The translations under genes and the position numbers were made by a program. Under the pieces are notes generated by a model that was not told the DNA's origin, did no database searches, and was given only the letters and a program-made list of their open reading frames with translations. A stretch of 63,621 nt of DNA, taken from NCBI GenBank assembly GCA_024137785.1, contig JAHRHZ010000111.1, forward strand, positions 34,731,830 through 34,795,450, in the 5' to 3' direction. This document shows positions 1 through 13,365 of this stretch, piece by piece. Origin of the DNA: Ginglymostoma cirratum (lineage: Eukaryota). Within the stretch, counting starts at the first letter, position 1; the number at the start of each line of letters is the position of its first letter.

Positions 1-359
1 TTAGCCTGGTTCCTCTAGCCAAGCTGAATGCTGCAGTGACCTCTTTTGCAAACAATGCAGAGCCGGTGTACATGAACAGCCCGGCACATTGTGGTGTGTG
101 TGAATGCTGGCTAGCAATCAAACAACTTCTGTCTCTAAATTGCACCCGGTAATGTTCGCTTTCCCCAAACCCTCAATGAAAAAAATGCCGCAGCAAATTA
201 TCTGATAAATGAAGTGTGGGTGACTACAAGGCACCAGTTAATCAGATGTGGCGGAAAGGAGCCCCTGCAAAACGAAAGTCAGTGGGAATCAAGGGGAAAA
301 CTTTTGCACCAGTGTCATATAGAGCATAAAAGGAAGATTGTTGTGGCTGTTCAAAGTTA

Positions 360-845
360 GAGTCATTGAGTCATAGAGGTGTAGAGCACAGAAGCAGGGC
401 CTGTGGTCCAACTTACCCATGCTGCCCTGCTTTCACAATTAAACTAGTCCCATTTGCTTGCGTTTGGTCCATATCTCTCCATACCCATCCCATACGATAC
501 CTGTCTAAATGTTTCTTAAATGGCAAAATTGTGCTTGCTTCCACCACTACCTCTGGCAGCCCGTTCCAGACACTCACCACCCTCTGGGCTCTTTTGTACC
601 TCTCTCCTCTCACATTAAACCTATACCCTCTAGTTTTAAAGTCCCCTATCACGGGGAAATGTTATTGGCTATCTATTGCCTCTCATGATTTTGTAGACCT
701 CTATAAGGTCACCCCTCAACCTTCTACACTACAGAGAAAGAATTCCCAGCTTATCCAACGTCTCTTTATAACTCAAACCTTCCAAACCATGTTGCATTCA
801 GTAAATCTTTTCGGCACTCTGTCTAGTTTAATAATATCCTTTCTA
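360..845 (-). mobile_element. CR1 LINE 3' end (decayed)
   Basis: Minus-strand ORF 413..652 (RGYRFNVRGERYK...VVSVWNGLPEVVVEASTILPFKKHLDRY) is the CR1 ORF2 C-terminus; (CTATGACT)-like tail at 360-376. Confidence 0.85.
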
Positions 846-879
846 ATCAACTTTTCCCCTGGATATCACTTCAGGAATT

Positions 880-1830
880 CCTCTTGGTATTACCCTAAGC
901 CTTACCATCTTCGATTGCTTCATCAATGATCTTCCCCACCATCACAACATCAGAACTGGGGATGTCTACTGATAGTTGTACAATGTTCAGCTCCACCCCC
1001 AAATTGTTAGATACAGATATAATCCTGCTTGTCTACATACAGCAGGACAATATTTAAGCTTATAATAAAAATCAAGATTCAGCAGAAGCTGGAAATCTGA
1101 AATAAAAATAGGACGTGCTGGAGAAACCGAGCAACACTGGCAGCATATGTGGAGAGAGAAATACGGTTTTACGTTGAGTTCGATCTGAGTCTTCTTCTGA
1201 CGAAGAGTCATATCAAATTAACATTAACTCAAAAACATTAACTCTCTTTCTCTTTTCATAGATGCTGCCAGACCTGCTAAGTTTCTACAATGCTGTTCTT
1301 TTTATTTGACATCCAAGCTTAGACTGATGTGCGGCAAGTAACATTCACACCACACAAATGCTAAGTGATGATCATCTCCAAGAACAATGAATCTAACCAC
1401 CATATCTTGACATTCAATGGAATACCATTATTGATTCCTCACGCTATCAAAATCCTGGGGTTTGCCATTGACCAGAAACTGAACTGGACCAGCCGCAAAA
1501 ATACTCTGGCTACAAGAGTTGTCAGAGGCCAGAAATTCTGCTGCAAGTTATCACTTCCTGTCTCCCCATTGCCTGTGCCCCATCTAAAAGGCAGAGCCAA
1601 GAGTGGGATGGAATACTTCCCACTTGCCTGGATCAGTGCGGCTCCAACAACACTCAAGAAGGTTGACACCATCCAGGAGAGAGCAGGCCACTTGATTGGC
1701 ACCACATCCATCACCTTGAATGTTCACTTCCTTCATCACCAACACTCAGTCACAGCAGGCAGTAACATCTAGAAAGTGGACTGCAGCAACTCATTCAGTA
1801 GAATTTTCCAAACAAGCACAAACTGTGGAG
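880..1830 (+). mobile_element. CR1/L2-group LINE RT/C-terminal remnant, interrupted by a PLE fold-back insertion
   Basis: FINDLP...GMxxD-like RT motif near 920-980; ORF 1365..1772 (ILGFAIDQKLNW...MEYFPLAWISAAPTTLKKVDTIQ) matches the LINE at 10151-13365. Confidence 0.75.
1063..1308. mobile_element. Fold-back (inverted pair) of PLE terminal repeat, old
   Basis: Left arm is the reverse complement of the right arm family (gatgctgccagacctgct); junction near 1196 at a decayed CTGACGAAG; decayed TSD atatttaagctta/acatccaagctta (1050-1062, 1309-1321). Confidence 0.7.
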
Positions 1831-2032
1831 GGCAGCTGTGGGCTACCAGTGTTTGACTGGGTGAATGCTGGCCTTTAAAGATGATGCCAGCAAAAGGCAT
1901 TTCTCGAAACGACAATGGAAGAGTGGACCATTGGGATGCTGAATGTTCATTTCAGGTGCCTATAGAAGACAAGAGTATTGGCTAGTGCGCCGAGATACCC
2001 CAGTGAAACTCCAAAGGTTGTCATAGTATACT

Positions 2033-2460
2033 TTCTTGAGGTTGTAGACTTGCTCGCCGAGCCGGTGTGTTTGATTGCAGACATTTTGTCACCCTGCTAG
2101 GTAACATCATAAGTGCGCCTTCGGTGAAGCATTGGCGTTCTGTCCCGCTGGTTATTTACATGCCTCGGTTTGCTGGGGTGGTTGGTATCAGTTCCGGTTC
2201 TGTTCTTCAGTGGTTTGTATATTGGGTCCTGTTCAATGTGTTTATTGACAGAGTTACGGTCGGAATGCCAGGCCTCCAGGAATCCCACAGCATGTCTCTG
2301 TTACGCTTGTGCTCTTATGGATGTGTTTCCCTAGGTGAATTTATGTCTTTCTTTGTCCGTGTGTATTGAGACCAATGAGAAGTGATCATGTCTCTTTGTG
2401 ACTAGTTAGTGATCCTGTATCCTTCGTGTCAGTTTTCTTCCAGTTTGGCCTGTGTAATGT
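2033..2460 (-). mobile_element. Penelope/Poseidon-type PLE 3' end (GIY-YIG endonuclease remnant plus terminal repeat)
   Basis: Minus-strand translation YTGQTGRKL.RRI..H...KRHD..SLVSIHTDK...FLEAWHSDRNSVNKHIEQDPIYKPL, with stops. Confidence 0.85.
2077..2116 (-). ncRNA. Decayed minimal type-I hammerhead ribozyme motif
   Basis: Reverse complement reads GCA CUUAUGA U GUUACC UAGCAG GGUGAC AAAA UGUC UGC; helix I GCA/UGC and 6-bp stem II intact, core G5 and G12 mutated. Confidence 0.6.
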
Positions 2461-2811
2461 CTGACCCATCTTCTGCACATCTGACCTCACCTCCTCTCTT
2501 CTCTTCCACAACAGCATCAGGGTTCCCCTTGTCCTTACCTACCGGCCCACCAGCAACCACTTCCAGAAGATCATCAGCTACTATTTCAGTTACCTGCAAT
2601 GAGGTACCACCACCAGACACATATTCCCCTCCCCTCCCTTGTCCACCTTCCGCAGGGACATTGCCTCCGGGACACCCTGGTCCAGTCTTCCTTCACCCCC
2701 AACACCTTCCCACAGCCCCACAGCACATTGCCCTGCAACCACCAAATGTTTAGTACCTGCCCACTTACCTTCTCCATCCTCAGTATCTAAGGGCCCAAAC
2801 ATACCTTCCAG

Positions 2812-3141
2812 GTGAAGCAGCACTTTACCTGCACTTCCCAGAATCTAGTCTATTGCATTTGCTGCTCACAACGTGGTCTCCTCTACATTGGGGAAACGAA
2901 GCATAGACTGGGTGACCACTTTGCAGAACACCTACATTCTGCCTGCAAAAAAGACCCTGAGCTTCCAGTTGCCTGCCACTTTAACACACCACCCTGTTCC
3001 TTGGCCAACATCTCTGTCTCTGGCTTATTGCAGTGTTCCAGCGAAGCTCAGTGCAAGCGAGAAGAACAACACCTCATTTTCCACTTGGGGACCCTGCAGC
3101 CCTCTGGTCCCAATATTGAGTTAAATAATTTTAGAGCCTAA
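2812..3141 (+). pseudogene. GIY-YIG endonuclease domain of PLE (remnant ORF)
   Basis: FTCTSQNLVYCICCSQRGLLYIGETKHRLGDHFAEHL...EEQHLIFHLGTLQPSGPNIE: VY...YIG motifs and conserved E and N. Confidence 0.85.
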
Positions 3142-3400
3142 ACTGTCCCATGCACTAGCCCCCTATCCCACATACCAGGCCTTGTTTACCACATAGTCTG
3201 CCATTACACACCATGTGCTCTTAGCCACTAACAGTCTCCATTAACAGGTATTCACCCTCCTAGCCTGATTGTTATCAACTCCTTTGTCTGTCCAACTGTT
3301 TTTCTCTCTCTTTGGGCTCTATCCACACTGATCATTTATTTATTACCCCTCCCCCAACCCTATCTTCTGCATATAAACCAAACTTTCCCCAGCTACCATC

Positions 3401-3438
3401 AGTTCTGAAGAAGGATCACTTGACCCGAAACATTAACT
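3401..3438 (+). ncRNA. Minimal hammerhead ribozyme motif (CpG-decayed)
   Basis: AGUU CUGAAGA A GGAUC ACUU GACCC GAAA CAUU AACU; helix I AGUU/AACU. Confidence 0.65.
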
Positions 3439-6080
3439 CTGATTTTTATTCAGAGGTGCTGCCAGACCCGCTGAGCTTTTCCAAAAACTTTTGTTTTTGT
3501 TTCTGATTTATGACATCTGTAGTCCTTTCAGCTTTTATTTAGCAGAGCTGATTATGTCATCAGTCTACCAATGTCATTATTGTGGGAGGTAGTCAAGAGG
3601 ACTAGAACAGGGAATGTTCCATGAAGAGTGAAACATGTCAGTATCCAAAATTATATCTGTTACTTGAAGCAAATGAAGTTGATCTGCTGTCTGCCAACCA
3701 ATCCTCACTTCATGCTTGTAAATTATCAACAATCCCACATCCTTTGATTTTGCACAATAACCTCTTGAGTGGGACATTATCAAAAGCTTTCAGCTTATGG
3801 TTAGTGGATGAAGTCAACGAGTCCAGATCTTGGAATACAGTGGAAAGACAGTTGAGTATTCGCTGGCAATCTGATCAAGGAGCTCAAGTATCTACAGTCA
3901 CAGAATCTGTAATGAAAAAGAAAACTTGAGGATCATATAGCTCAAAAAACCTAATCAAACAATGCTTTAGAACCTAATCTTGCAGGATAGCTGGAGATCT
4001 GAAGAATTTTAAAGTGAATTCTTATGAGCTGTGGCCACGTGTGAATTGGTCCCAGAAAACGTCAATGAAGCATCAAGATTCATTAAGATAAAGTAACTCT
4101 TGGGGCAAAGTGAAAAATAGGACTGAGTTTAGAGCATAAGTTAGAGTGTTAAATTAGTGATGCTTGCTTTTTTAATTTCTCCTTACAATGGTTGCTTTTA
4201 TTTAAAAATGTTAAGCCTTGTGGTGCAGTTCTGTCATTTAATTGCTAAGTGTTTAAATTTCATCTTTAAATATTAATTACCTCTAACGGCACTTTAACAA
4301 TATTAAAACTAAGGGAGTGATGGGAGTTGCACTGCTGACTTCCAATCCTTATTTGTCTTCCTGTTAGCCATTGGAGAAGAAAAGAGATTCTTTTTGAACA
4401 GTCAGTTCAGTCTCTTTCTGTTGAGGTGGTTTCCTGCTACCCAGTAGCCCCACAGCCAGTACTTTTCCCATCACCAGCAACCCCATGAAATGTAGTGCCT
4501 TGCTGTGAGTTCTTCAAAACCAGTGTTGCAACATTGAATGTAATAATCCATGAAAGCTTCATAATTAGATTGCAGCTCACCTGTAAATAATGCATGGCTC
4601 CATTTTCACCTAACTTTAGACTTAAAACAGTTTTGATGCAGTTATTCTGACATTAAGAGTTTAAAATATGTCAGGTTGCAGGCATGTTTGAAAGTACACA
4701 GCTAATGTCACTGCAGCAATGAATTATTCTTAATATTAAAGGTCAGTCTCTGTAATTTCCTTGTCAAAGTGTATTAGTATTGCAACCATGACACTTGTTT
4801 TCTTTACATCAGTAACTTAATGATCATTTCGAAAATGTTTGTCAGTTAATGTAAATTAGATGAGGCTCTTTTACCGTTTTGTCCACATATTTAACTTTAT
4901 TCCTGATGAGATCATAAACAACAGATATCATTGCACAGCTTTCAGGTTGACAGTGCTAATGGAAATGTTATTAAATATTATGACAATCTATGAAGTGCAT
5001 AGGATAAAATATAACAAACACAGAACTGGTCATTTTCAGTTTTGTCACTGGAAGTAGGCAGCTTAGTCTCGAAGACTGTGTGTGCAATTGTTTACATTCT
5101 TGTGGAATGTTATCAACCCAAAGGGAAGGCAATCAAAAAAAAAGCTTGTACTTTTCCCAAACTCTGCAATGAACTGAGTGTTTCTTATCCCCTGATAATT
5201 TATCATTACTTATCTGAGGGGCAAAATGTTCCATTGGCGTTTGTTTCCAAAGCCAATGGAGAAACAGCCTCTGTCTCTCAGTGAATCAAAGGGTAATGCA
5301 GAGAGTTTGGGAAAGTGAAAGTTGAATTGGATCAGTTATTATCATATTGAATGGCAGAGAAAGTTTGAAGGATGATCCAATCTGTGCCTGATCCTACATT
5401 TTTAAAATGTTTCTTCCGTCAAATATTAATTTCGAATTAGAATCAGTTGAAATCACAAATAAAGTTAAAGACCCACAACTGTCTTAGAGACTTCATATTT
5501 GTAACATATAGTTCTAAGAGAAACAGTTCCACTGGTCTGTTGTTCTACTAACAAGAATTGTATAAAATTGTACATATTTACCCTTCTCCAGATAATAAAA
5601 AAAAGTCTTCCCTAAAGATCTCAGGACAACAAATTGGGAAAATGCATTCATTCTTTCTTCCACCAACTTTATAGCAGATTTGAACCCCAGATGTCATAGT
5701 TTATTGCGGTAAAAATCTTCCAACATGAAATCTGATTGTGTTGGTAACTGGAATTCACATGGGAACTGGAATTGAAATATTTATTTTAGAAGTTATTGAG
5801 CCTTACATTGATCATAGCACAAAGCACAGCCCAGTGAAGTTTTCCTTTCACAGAACACTGCCTGCAGGAACATCATGTCACAATGGTTGATGCTGTGAAT
5901 CAGGTGTTGTGGGCACAATCATAATATTTGAGATGCTGAGTGATAACTAACAATCATGTTATTTACTGTGCTCTGTTTAAAAGGTAAAACTGTGCACAAC
6001 CAAAGCAAAAGGAACAACATAAACAAAAGATAAATAATGAAAAATCAGTCATGATCCTTTTAAGAGGTGTGTGTGAGACA

Positions 6081-6249
6081 ACGAATTAAACTCTCAAATA
6101 AAATAAATAACTGCAGATGCTTGAAATCTGAAACAATAACAGAAACTGCGGTTCGGAACAAGAGTAACTGGACTCAAAACACTAACTGTGTTTCTCTCTC
6201 CGCTGATGCTGAAGGGACCAATGATTTTCTTCAGCAGTTTCTGCTTTCT
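6081..6249. mobile_element. Short fold-back PLE terminal-repeat insertion
   Basis: Minus arm (actgcagatgcttgaaatctg) then plus arm starting at a decayed hammerhead (~6150); perfect 11-bp TSD TGTGTGAGACA at 6070-6080 and 6250-6260. Confidence 0.7.
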
Positions 6250-7389
6250 TGTGTGAGACATTATTGTATTTCAACCACTATCCAGCAAGAATCTTCCATT
6301 TGAGCAGAACCTCTTCAAGGTAGGCATACCTGGAAGAGAATTGAGACATTTGATATGGTTTCTACTTGACAAATCCTCAAAGCAGGGCACTCACTGGACA
6401 AATACAGCATTAAGTCTCGAGGGGCCTTCATTTCTCTGTGAAGGCTCTATCTCAGGGTTAGTGTATAAATTATACATTCTCTTATAGCCTCAGGCCAAGA
6501 AATGATAGTATGGCCCATCCCCACTGATTCTGGAACATCACCATGGCTCATGTCAAGTGTTCCCTCTGCCCCCCAGCACCAGCTGAGAAACTCGCACCAT
6601 TGAAAATATGGTTGGCAAGTCTGATATGAAACACAATTCAGAAATGTGACACATTAGAAGGAACATGATACCAGTCAGCCCCTCAAGCCTGGTCCGCCAT
6701 TCATAAGCTCATGGCTGACCTGATTATTTTTTTTTCCACTTGTGGGGTGTGGGTGCCTCAGCCTAGACTAGCTTTTATTGCCCGTCCCTAATTGCCTCGA
6801 GGGCATTTAATAGTCATAGAGTCACAGAGATATACAGCACGGAAACAGACCCTTAGGTGCAACTTGTCCATGTTGGCCAGATGTCCTAAATAAATCTAGT
6901 CCCATTTGCCAGCATTTGGCCCATATCCCACTAAACCCTCCAATCGCATTATCATGGGTGTGGAGTCACATGTAGGCCAAACCAGGTAAGGACGGCAGTT
7001 TCCTTCCCTAAAGGACACAACCTCAAATTCTTATTTCTGATTACCCCGATAAGCTTTCACCCATTTGCTTAACAAAGGTTTGTCCACCTTTGCCTTAAAG
7101 ATATTAAAGGACTTTGCTTCCGCAACTATTTTAGGAAGAGAATTCCAAAGACTTAAGAAACACAATTTTGACTGATCTGTTTCAAGTGGACAACTTCTGA
7201 TTTTGTGGCCCTTCATTCTAGATTCTCCCACAAGAAGAAGTACCCTCTCACATTGATCCTGTGAACGTCCCTCAGGATCTTGTGTTTTAATTAAACATTT
7301 AACTCTTCTGAGGTCCAGCAGACACAAGTCTAGCTCCATCCAATTTTCCCACATAAGACAACATGCTCATTCCAGATAAAAGTCTAGTA

Positions 7390-7490
7390 CCAAAAAACAG
7401 AAATTGCTGGAAAAGCTCAGTCGGTCTGGCAGCTCCTGTGGAGAGAAATCAGAGTTAACGTTTCGGTTCAAGTGACCCTTCCTCAGAACT
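7390..7490 (-). mobile_element. Solo PLE terminal-repeat fragment beginning at a hammerhead motif
   Basis: Same family as 3400-3540 and 34604-34850. Confidence 0.75.
7453..7490 (-). ncRNA. Minimal hammerhead ribozyme motif, core intact
   Basis: Reverse complement reads AGUU CUGAGGA A GGGUC ACUU GAACC GAAA CGUU AACU; ACGU palindrome in helix III, one stem II mismatch. Confidence 0.75.
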
Positions 7491-7764
7491 TTCATCCAGT
7501 AATTGTTCTCCAAAGCATTTACACCCTCTATTAAATAAGGAGACCTGCGCTGTGCACTGCTCCAGATCCAGTCTCACTCTTAACTGGCATAAATTAAGCA
7601 TGATTGTCCCCCATTTGTATTCAATTCCCCTTGTAATAAATAACTACCTACTAGCTTTCTGAATTATTTGCTGCAACTGCAGACTAACTTTTCTTGATTT
7701 AAGAATAAGGACATACAGATGTCTCTGGATCTGACAGTTTGCAATCTTTCACCATTTCTCTTAA

Positions 7765-8560
7765 GTTTAACATTTAGGTTCAGTTGGCAGTTAGGAAGGC
7801 AAATGCAATGTTAGCATTCATTTTAAGAAGACTAGATACAAGAGCAGAGAGATATACTGTTGAGGCTATATCAGGCTCTGGTCAGACCAAAAAAAAAGTC
7901 AAGTTTTCCTGCTCCTATGATGCTGCTTGGCCTGCTGTGTTCATCCAGCTCCACACCTTGTTATCTCGGATTCTCCAGCATCTGCAGTACCTATTATCTC
8001 TGATCAGACCATGTTTGGAATATTGTGAGCAGTTTTGGTTCCAGTGTTACAGGAGGATGTGTTGGTGTTGGAGGTCTCAAGAGGAGGTTTATATGAATGA
8101 TCCTGGGAATGAAAGGTTCACATATGAGGAGCCGTTGAGGACTCATGATCTGTACTCAATGGAGTTTAAAAGGATGAGGGTGATCTGATTGAAACTTAGA
8201 AAATACTGAGAGGCCTGGATGGAGTGGATGTGGAGAAGATGCTTCCACTAGTAGGAAAGACTAGAACCCAAGGGCACAGCCTCAGAGCGAAGGGACAACC
8301 CTTTAGAACCGAGATGAGGAGGAATTTCTTCAGTCAGACAGTGTAGAATCTGTGGACCTCACAGAAGGCTGTGGAGGCCAAGTCAATGCGTGTATTTAAG
8401 AGAGACATAGACATGTTCTTGATGAGTAGGAGGATCAAAGCTAACACAGAGAAGATAGGAAAATGGGTTTAAGAAACATATTAGCCATGATTGAATGGTG
8501 GAGAAGGCTCGATGGGCTGAGTGGCCTATTTCTGCTCTTACATCTTATGGTTTTATGTTC
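7765..8560 (+). mobile_element. CR1 3' end, interrupted at 7890-7998 by a PLE terminal-repeat fragment
   Basis: AVRKANAMLAFI..LEYCEQFW; CR1 tail near 8510-8560; insertion flanked by tctg(g/a)tcagacca. Confidence 0.8.
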
Positions 8561-10150
8561 TTGTAGTTATTATGCTTTTTTTTTATTCATCCTGCCAAAA
8601 AGAACAATTACATATTTTCCAACATTATGCTCCATTTGACACTTACTTAACAAATCCATATCATTTTGTCCTTACTTGTTCACAACAAATAATCCATCCT
8701 TTACCTTAATTAGCCAATTCACCTTAGCCTGGCCTGCTCTCATGTACTTGTAATTTGCTGTTAATTATTTTTTTAAAAAAATAGCGTCAGACCCACTCTC
8801 TCCTTCAAACTAAATGTAAAATTTAATTGTTTGTGATCACTGCTACCTAGGGTTGTCTTCACCATAAGATAACTAATTAATCACCTAGATAGCCCGTAAC
8901 TTCTCCCTTGATTACCACCGAATATTTCTGATAAGCTTCCATTAATTTTTCCTTTACACCCCACCTTAACACATGATTCTTCTTCTGTTTCAACAATTGA
9001 CTTCTTGACTTTAACACTTCTCATTTCAACCCAAACCTGTTCCAAATCTTGATTTCATAAACTTATCTCACTCATACCTGTTAGTGTAAGTATCATCATT
9101 AAGTTACAGAGCAACTTCTCCACCTTTCCTAGTTTCCCCTCATTTTTAAATGCCCCATACCCTTCAGGATTTAGGCTTCAATCCTAAAGACAAGTCTCTG
9201 TAATGGACACCAGGTTGTACATATCCATTTCTACCTGTTCTCCCAGTGCATCTGTTTTGTTTGAAATGCTACTAGCATTCAAACCCTGTGCCTTTACTTT
9301 TACATCTTTATTGTTTTTGAGAGGTTGGGGTGCCTGGGATGTAGGTTGAGAATGCTGATTGTGAGCAGTGCTAATGTGGACAGCATGGAGAAGACATGAT
9401 AGAATTGCAAAGTGGAAGCTGTGGAGATCAGATTGTTGGTGGGCAGGGACCTCGAAGGAAAGGTCACAGAGGGGTCACAAAAGATATCAGTGAGGAAATT
9501 CATGGGCAGTTTGGAAAGATGTCAGATCATGGTGGAGATTTGTCAGGGAAGATAACACATTTGGTGGTGGTGATGGTTGGGGGTCCATGGGTGAGAATCA
9601 GACCATTAATACTCAATGAATCTCAAACTCATCTTCTCTCAGTGAAAAAATACTCAACAATGGTTTAGCTGACAGTAACTTGATAATTGCTTTGAATAAA
9701 ATACAATCCATACTGGTCCAATTGGGACTGTCTCAAATTGATTTAGAATGGTCAAGTAGAACACTGGATGATTTGGACATAGTCCTCAATCAAACAATGG
9801 GTCCAATGTGCCATGATTCAGTGGATAGTCACTGGTCTTTGGTGATCAGTCGGATGTCAACAGATGAATTCTGTTCACGAAGTAACATGCAAAATCAATT
9901 TTCAGTACATTCGCACTTTTATTTTGGTGGCAAAATGGATATTAGCAAACTAAAATATTCCTCCATAAACGTTTTTGAAGTGCGATATGTTGGATTTACT
10001 GCTGCCCATGCATTTAATGTAACACCCTACATGTATGCTAGATGGAAAGTTTTTAATTATCAACACAATCTCCAACTGTGTTTAGTTTTAAAATGATCCA
10101 ATCATGATATCCAATTACCTTACACATCATACTTCAGAATACATTTCCAG

Positions 10151-13100
10151 GGGAGGTGATTGTATAGTGGCATTATCACTAGACTATCCAGAAATTCAGC
10201 TAATGTTTCTCGGACCCAAGTCTGAGTCCTGCCATGGCAGATGATGGATTAAAACAAAGTCTGAAATTAAGAATCTAAATCTGAAATTAAGAATAACATG
10301 ATGACCATGTAATCATTACTGATTGTTAGAAAAGCCCATTTGGCTCCCGAATGTCTTTCAGGAAAGGAAATCTGGCCTATTTGTGACTCCAGATCAGATA
10401 AGGATGGCAGATTTCCTGTGGTTGACTCTCAACCACCCTCTGACACAAATTGCTGAGCAGGCCATTCCATTGTGATAATCACTAGAAAACCGGATGGGCT
10501 GGCTGGCATAAATTGATGCACTAGAAAAGACAGCACCAGAAACAGCCCTGTCAACCCTGCAAAGACCTTCGCACTAACATCCAGGGGTTAGTGCAAAAAT
10601 TGGGAGAGCTGTCTCAGACTAGTCAAGCTACAGACTGACATAGTCATACTCATGGAATCATACCTGATAATGCCCCTTATGCCACCAGCTCCATCCCTTG
10701 ATATATCCAGTCCCACCAGCAAGATAGACCCAGCAGTCATTGGCACACAGTGGTATACAGTCAGGAGAGAGTTGCACAGGGTCCTCAACATAGACTCTGT
10801 ACCCTGTGAAGTCTCATAGCTTTAGTATTAAACATGGTCAAGGAAACCTCCTGCTGTATACCATGTACTGTCCCCCCTCGGCTGATGAATCAGCACTCTT
10901 TCCATGTTGAACGACACTTGGAGGAAGCACTGAGGGCGACAAGGGTGCAAAATGTACTCTGGGTGGGGCATTTCAATGTCCACCACCAAAAGTGGCCCAG
11001 CAGCAGCATTACCGATCAGCTGATCAGGTCCTGAAGGACACAGCTGCTAGACTGGGTCTGCGGCAGGTGGTGAGGTAAAAGCATACTTGACCTCATCCTT
11101 ACTAATCTGCCAGTTGCAGTTGCATCCATCTATGTCAGTATCAGTAAGGGTGACCATCGCACAGTCCTTGTGGAGACGAAGTCCCGCCTTCACATTGAGA
11201 ACAACTTCCATCGTGTTGTGTGGCACTATCACTGTACTAAATGTCACAGACTTTGCATAGATCTAGCAACTCAAGACTGGGCATCCATGAGGCGCTGTGG
11301 GCCATCAACAGCAGCAGAACTGTACTCCAGCACAATCTGTAACCTCGTGGCCTGAGGTATCTCCTCTTCAACCATTACCATCAAGTCAGGGGATCAACCC
11401 TGGTTGAATGGAAAGTGCAGGAGGGCATGCCAGGAACAGAAACAGGCATACCAAAAAGTCAGATGTCAGCCTTGGTGAATTGTCAAATAGCATAAGCAGC
11501 AAGTGTCAGACAGAGCTAAGTGATCCCATAACCAACGGATCAGATCTAAGCTCTGCAGTCCTGCCACATCCAGTTGTGAATGGTGGTGGACAATTAAACA
11601 ACTCGCTGGAAGAGGATGCGCCGCAAATAGCCTTTTCCCCAATGATGGAAGAGCCCAGCACATTAGTGCAGGAGATAATTCTGAACCATTCGCAATAATA
11701 TTCAGCCAGAAATGCTGAGTGTATTATCCATCTTGGCCTCCTTCAGTGGGCCCCAGAATCACAGATGCCAATCTTCAGCCAATTTGATTCACTCCACATG
11801 GAATCTAGAAACATTCAGAGACACTGGATACTGCAAAGGCTAAGGCCCCTGACAACATTCTGACAATAGTACTGAAGACTTGCGCAACAGAACTTGTCGC
11901 TACTCTAGCCAAGCAATTCCAGTACATTTACAAAACTGGTATTTAATCAAAAATATGGAAAATTGCCCAGGTTTGTCCTGTACACACAAAACAGAAAAAA
12001 TCCAACCCAGCCAATTAATGCCCCATCAGTCCACTTTCAATCATCAGTAAAGTGATAGAAAGTGCCTTCAATGGTGCTATCAAGTAGCACCTGCCCAGCG
12101 ATAAGCTGCTCACTAATACCCAGTTTGGGTTCTGCCAGGGTGACCTCATTACAGTCTTGTTTAAACTTGGACAAAAGATCTGAATTCCAGAGGAGAGGTG
12201 AAAGTGACAACCCTTGATATCAGGGCTACATTCGAATTAATGTGACATCAAGAAACTCCAGAAAAACTGGAACTGATGCGTATCAGAGGGCAAACTCTCT
12301 GCTGGTTGAAGTCATACCTGGCACACAGGAAGATGGTAGTGGTTGTTGGAGGTCAATTATCTCAGCTCCAGGACATTTCTGCAGGAGTTCCTCAGAGTAG
12401 TGTACAAGGCCCACCCATCTTCAGTTGCTTCATCAATGACCTTCCTCCACCATAGGGTCAGAAGTGAGGATGTTCACTGGTGAGTGTTCAATGTTCAACA
12501 CCATTCTCCACTCCTCAGATATTGAAGCTGTCCATATTCAAATGCAATAAGACCTGGACAATAATGAAGGCTTGAGCTAACAGATGGTAAGTAACATTTG
12601 CACTCTACAAATGCCAGCCAATAGCCATCTCCAATAAGAGGGAATCTAACCACTGCCCTTGACATTTAATGGTGTTACCATCAGTGAATCCTCCACTATC
12701 AACATCCTTGGGCTTAGCATTAAACAGAAACTCAACTGGCCTCACTACAAAAACACGATGGCTACAAAAGCAGGTTGGAGGCCAGGGATATTGCCACAAA
12801 TAACTGGTCTCCTAACTCCCCAAAGCTACGTCCATCATCATCAAGGTACAAGTCAGGAATGTGATGGAATACCCCCTGCTTGCCTGGATGGGTACATCTC
12901 TAACAACACTCAAGAAGCTTGACACCATCCTGGAAAAAGCAGTCTGCTTGATCGGAACCACCTCTACAAACATCCATTCCCTCCACCAGTGATGCTCAGC
13001 AGCTGCAGTGTGTACTGTCTAAAAGATAAGCTGCAGGAATTCATCAAATACCTTTAGGCAGCACCTTCCAAACCCATGACCTCTTCCATCTGGAAGAACA

Positions 13101-13365
13101 GGGGCAGCAGATGCATGGGAACACCACCGCCTTCAATCTTTCCTCCAAGCATTCCCCAAACTGATTGGCGATTTATTGCCGTTCATTCACTTTTCTTGGC
13201 TCAAAATCTTGGAATTTCCTCCCTAAGTGCATTTCGAGCACCTACAGCATGTAGACTGCAGCAGTTCAATAAGGCAGCTCACCACCACCTTCTCAAGGGC
13301 AACTAGGGAAGGGCAATAAATGCTGGCCAGCTAGCGACACGTCCCACAAGCGAATAAAAAGAATA
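10151..13365 (+). mobile_element. Near full-length (~3.2 kb) single-ORF CR1/L2-group LINE (APE plus RT), decayed, with tRNA/SINE-like 5' end
   Basis: APE motifs DIVILMESYL, VGHFNVHH, LDLILTN, GDHRTV; RT motifs APDNI..LK, PISPLSIISKV, GVPQSSVQGPTIFSCFINDL; 3' AAHHHLLKG and gggcaataaatgctggcc...gaataaaaa tail; many stops and frameshifts. Confidence 0.9.

Larger units (their letters stand above)
2460..3540 (+). mobile_element. Neptune-type PLE 3' part (Cys-rich linker, GIY-YIG, terminal repeat)
   Basis: ORF 2599..2790 (LRDTLVQSS..PCN..CP) and ORF 2812..3141; terminal repeat 3400-3540. Confidence 0.9.
6657..7760 (-). mobile_element. CR1 3' region (decayed) with nested SINE, CR1-tail and PLE fragments
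   Basis: ORF 7031..7354 (LWNSLPKIVAEAKSFNIFKAKVDK) is CR1 C-terminal; SINE fragments 6730-6810 and 6945-7020; CR1 tail 6812-6940. Confidence 0.7.

Noticed and set aside
366-929. 187-aa plus-strand ORF
   Set aside because: Antisense to a CR1 3' end with no recognisable protein
5854-5903. Possible 50-bp exon after ttttcctttcacag
   Set aside because: Weak donor (gtgttg), no recognisable peptide and no partner exons
9680-10096. 138-aa ORF in apparently unique sequence
   Set aside because: TTG start, no recognisable domain and no convincing splice signals
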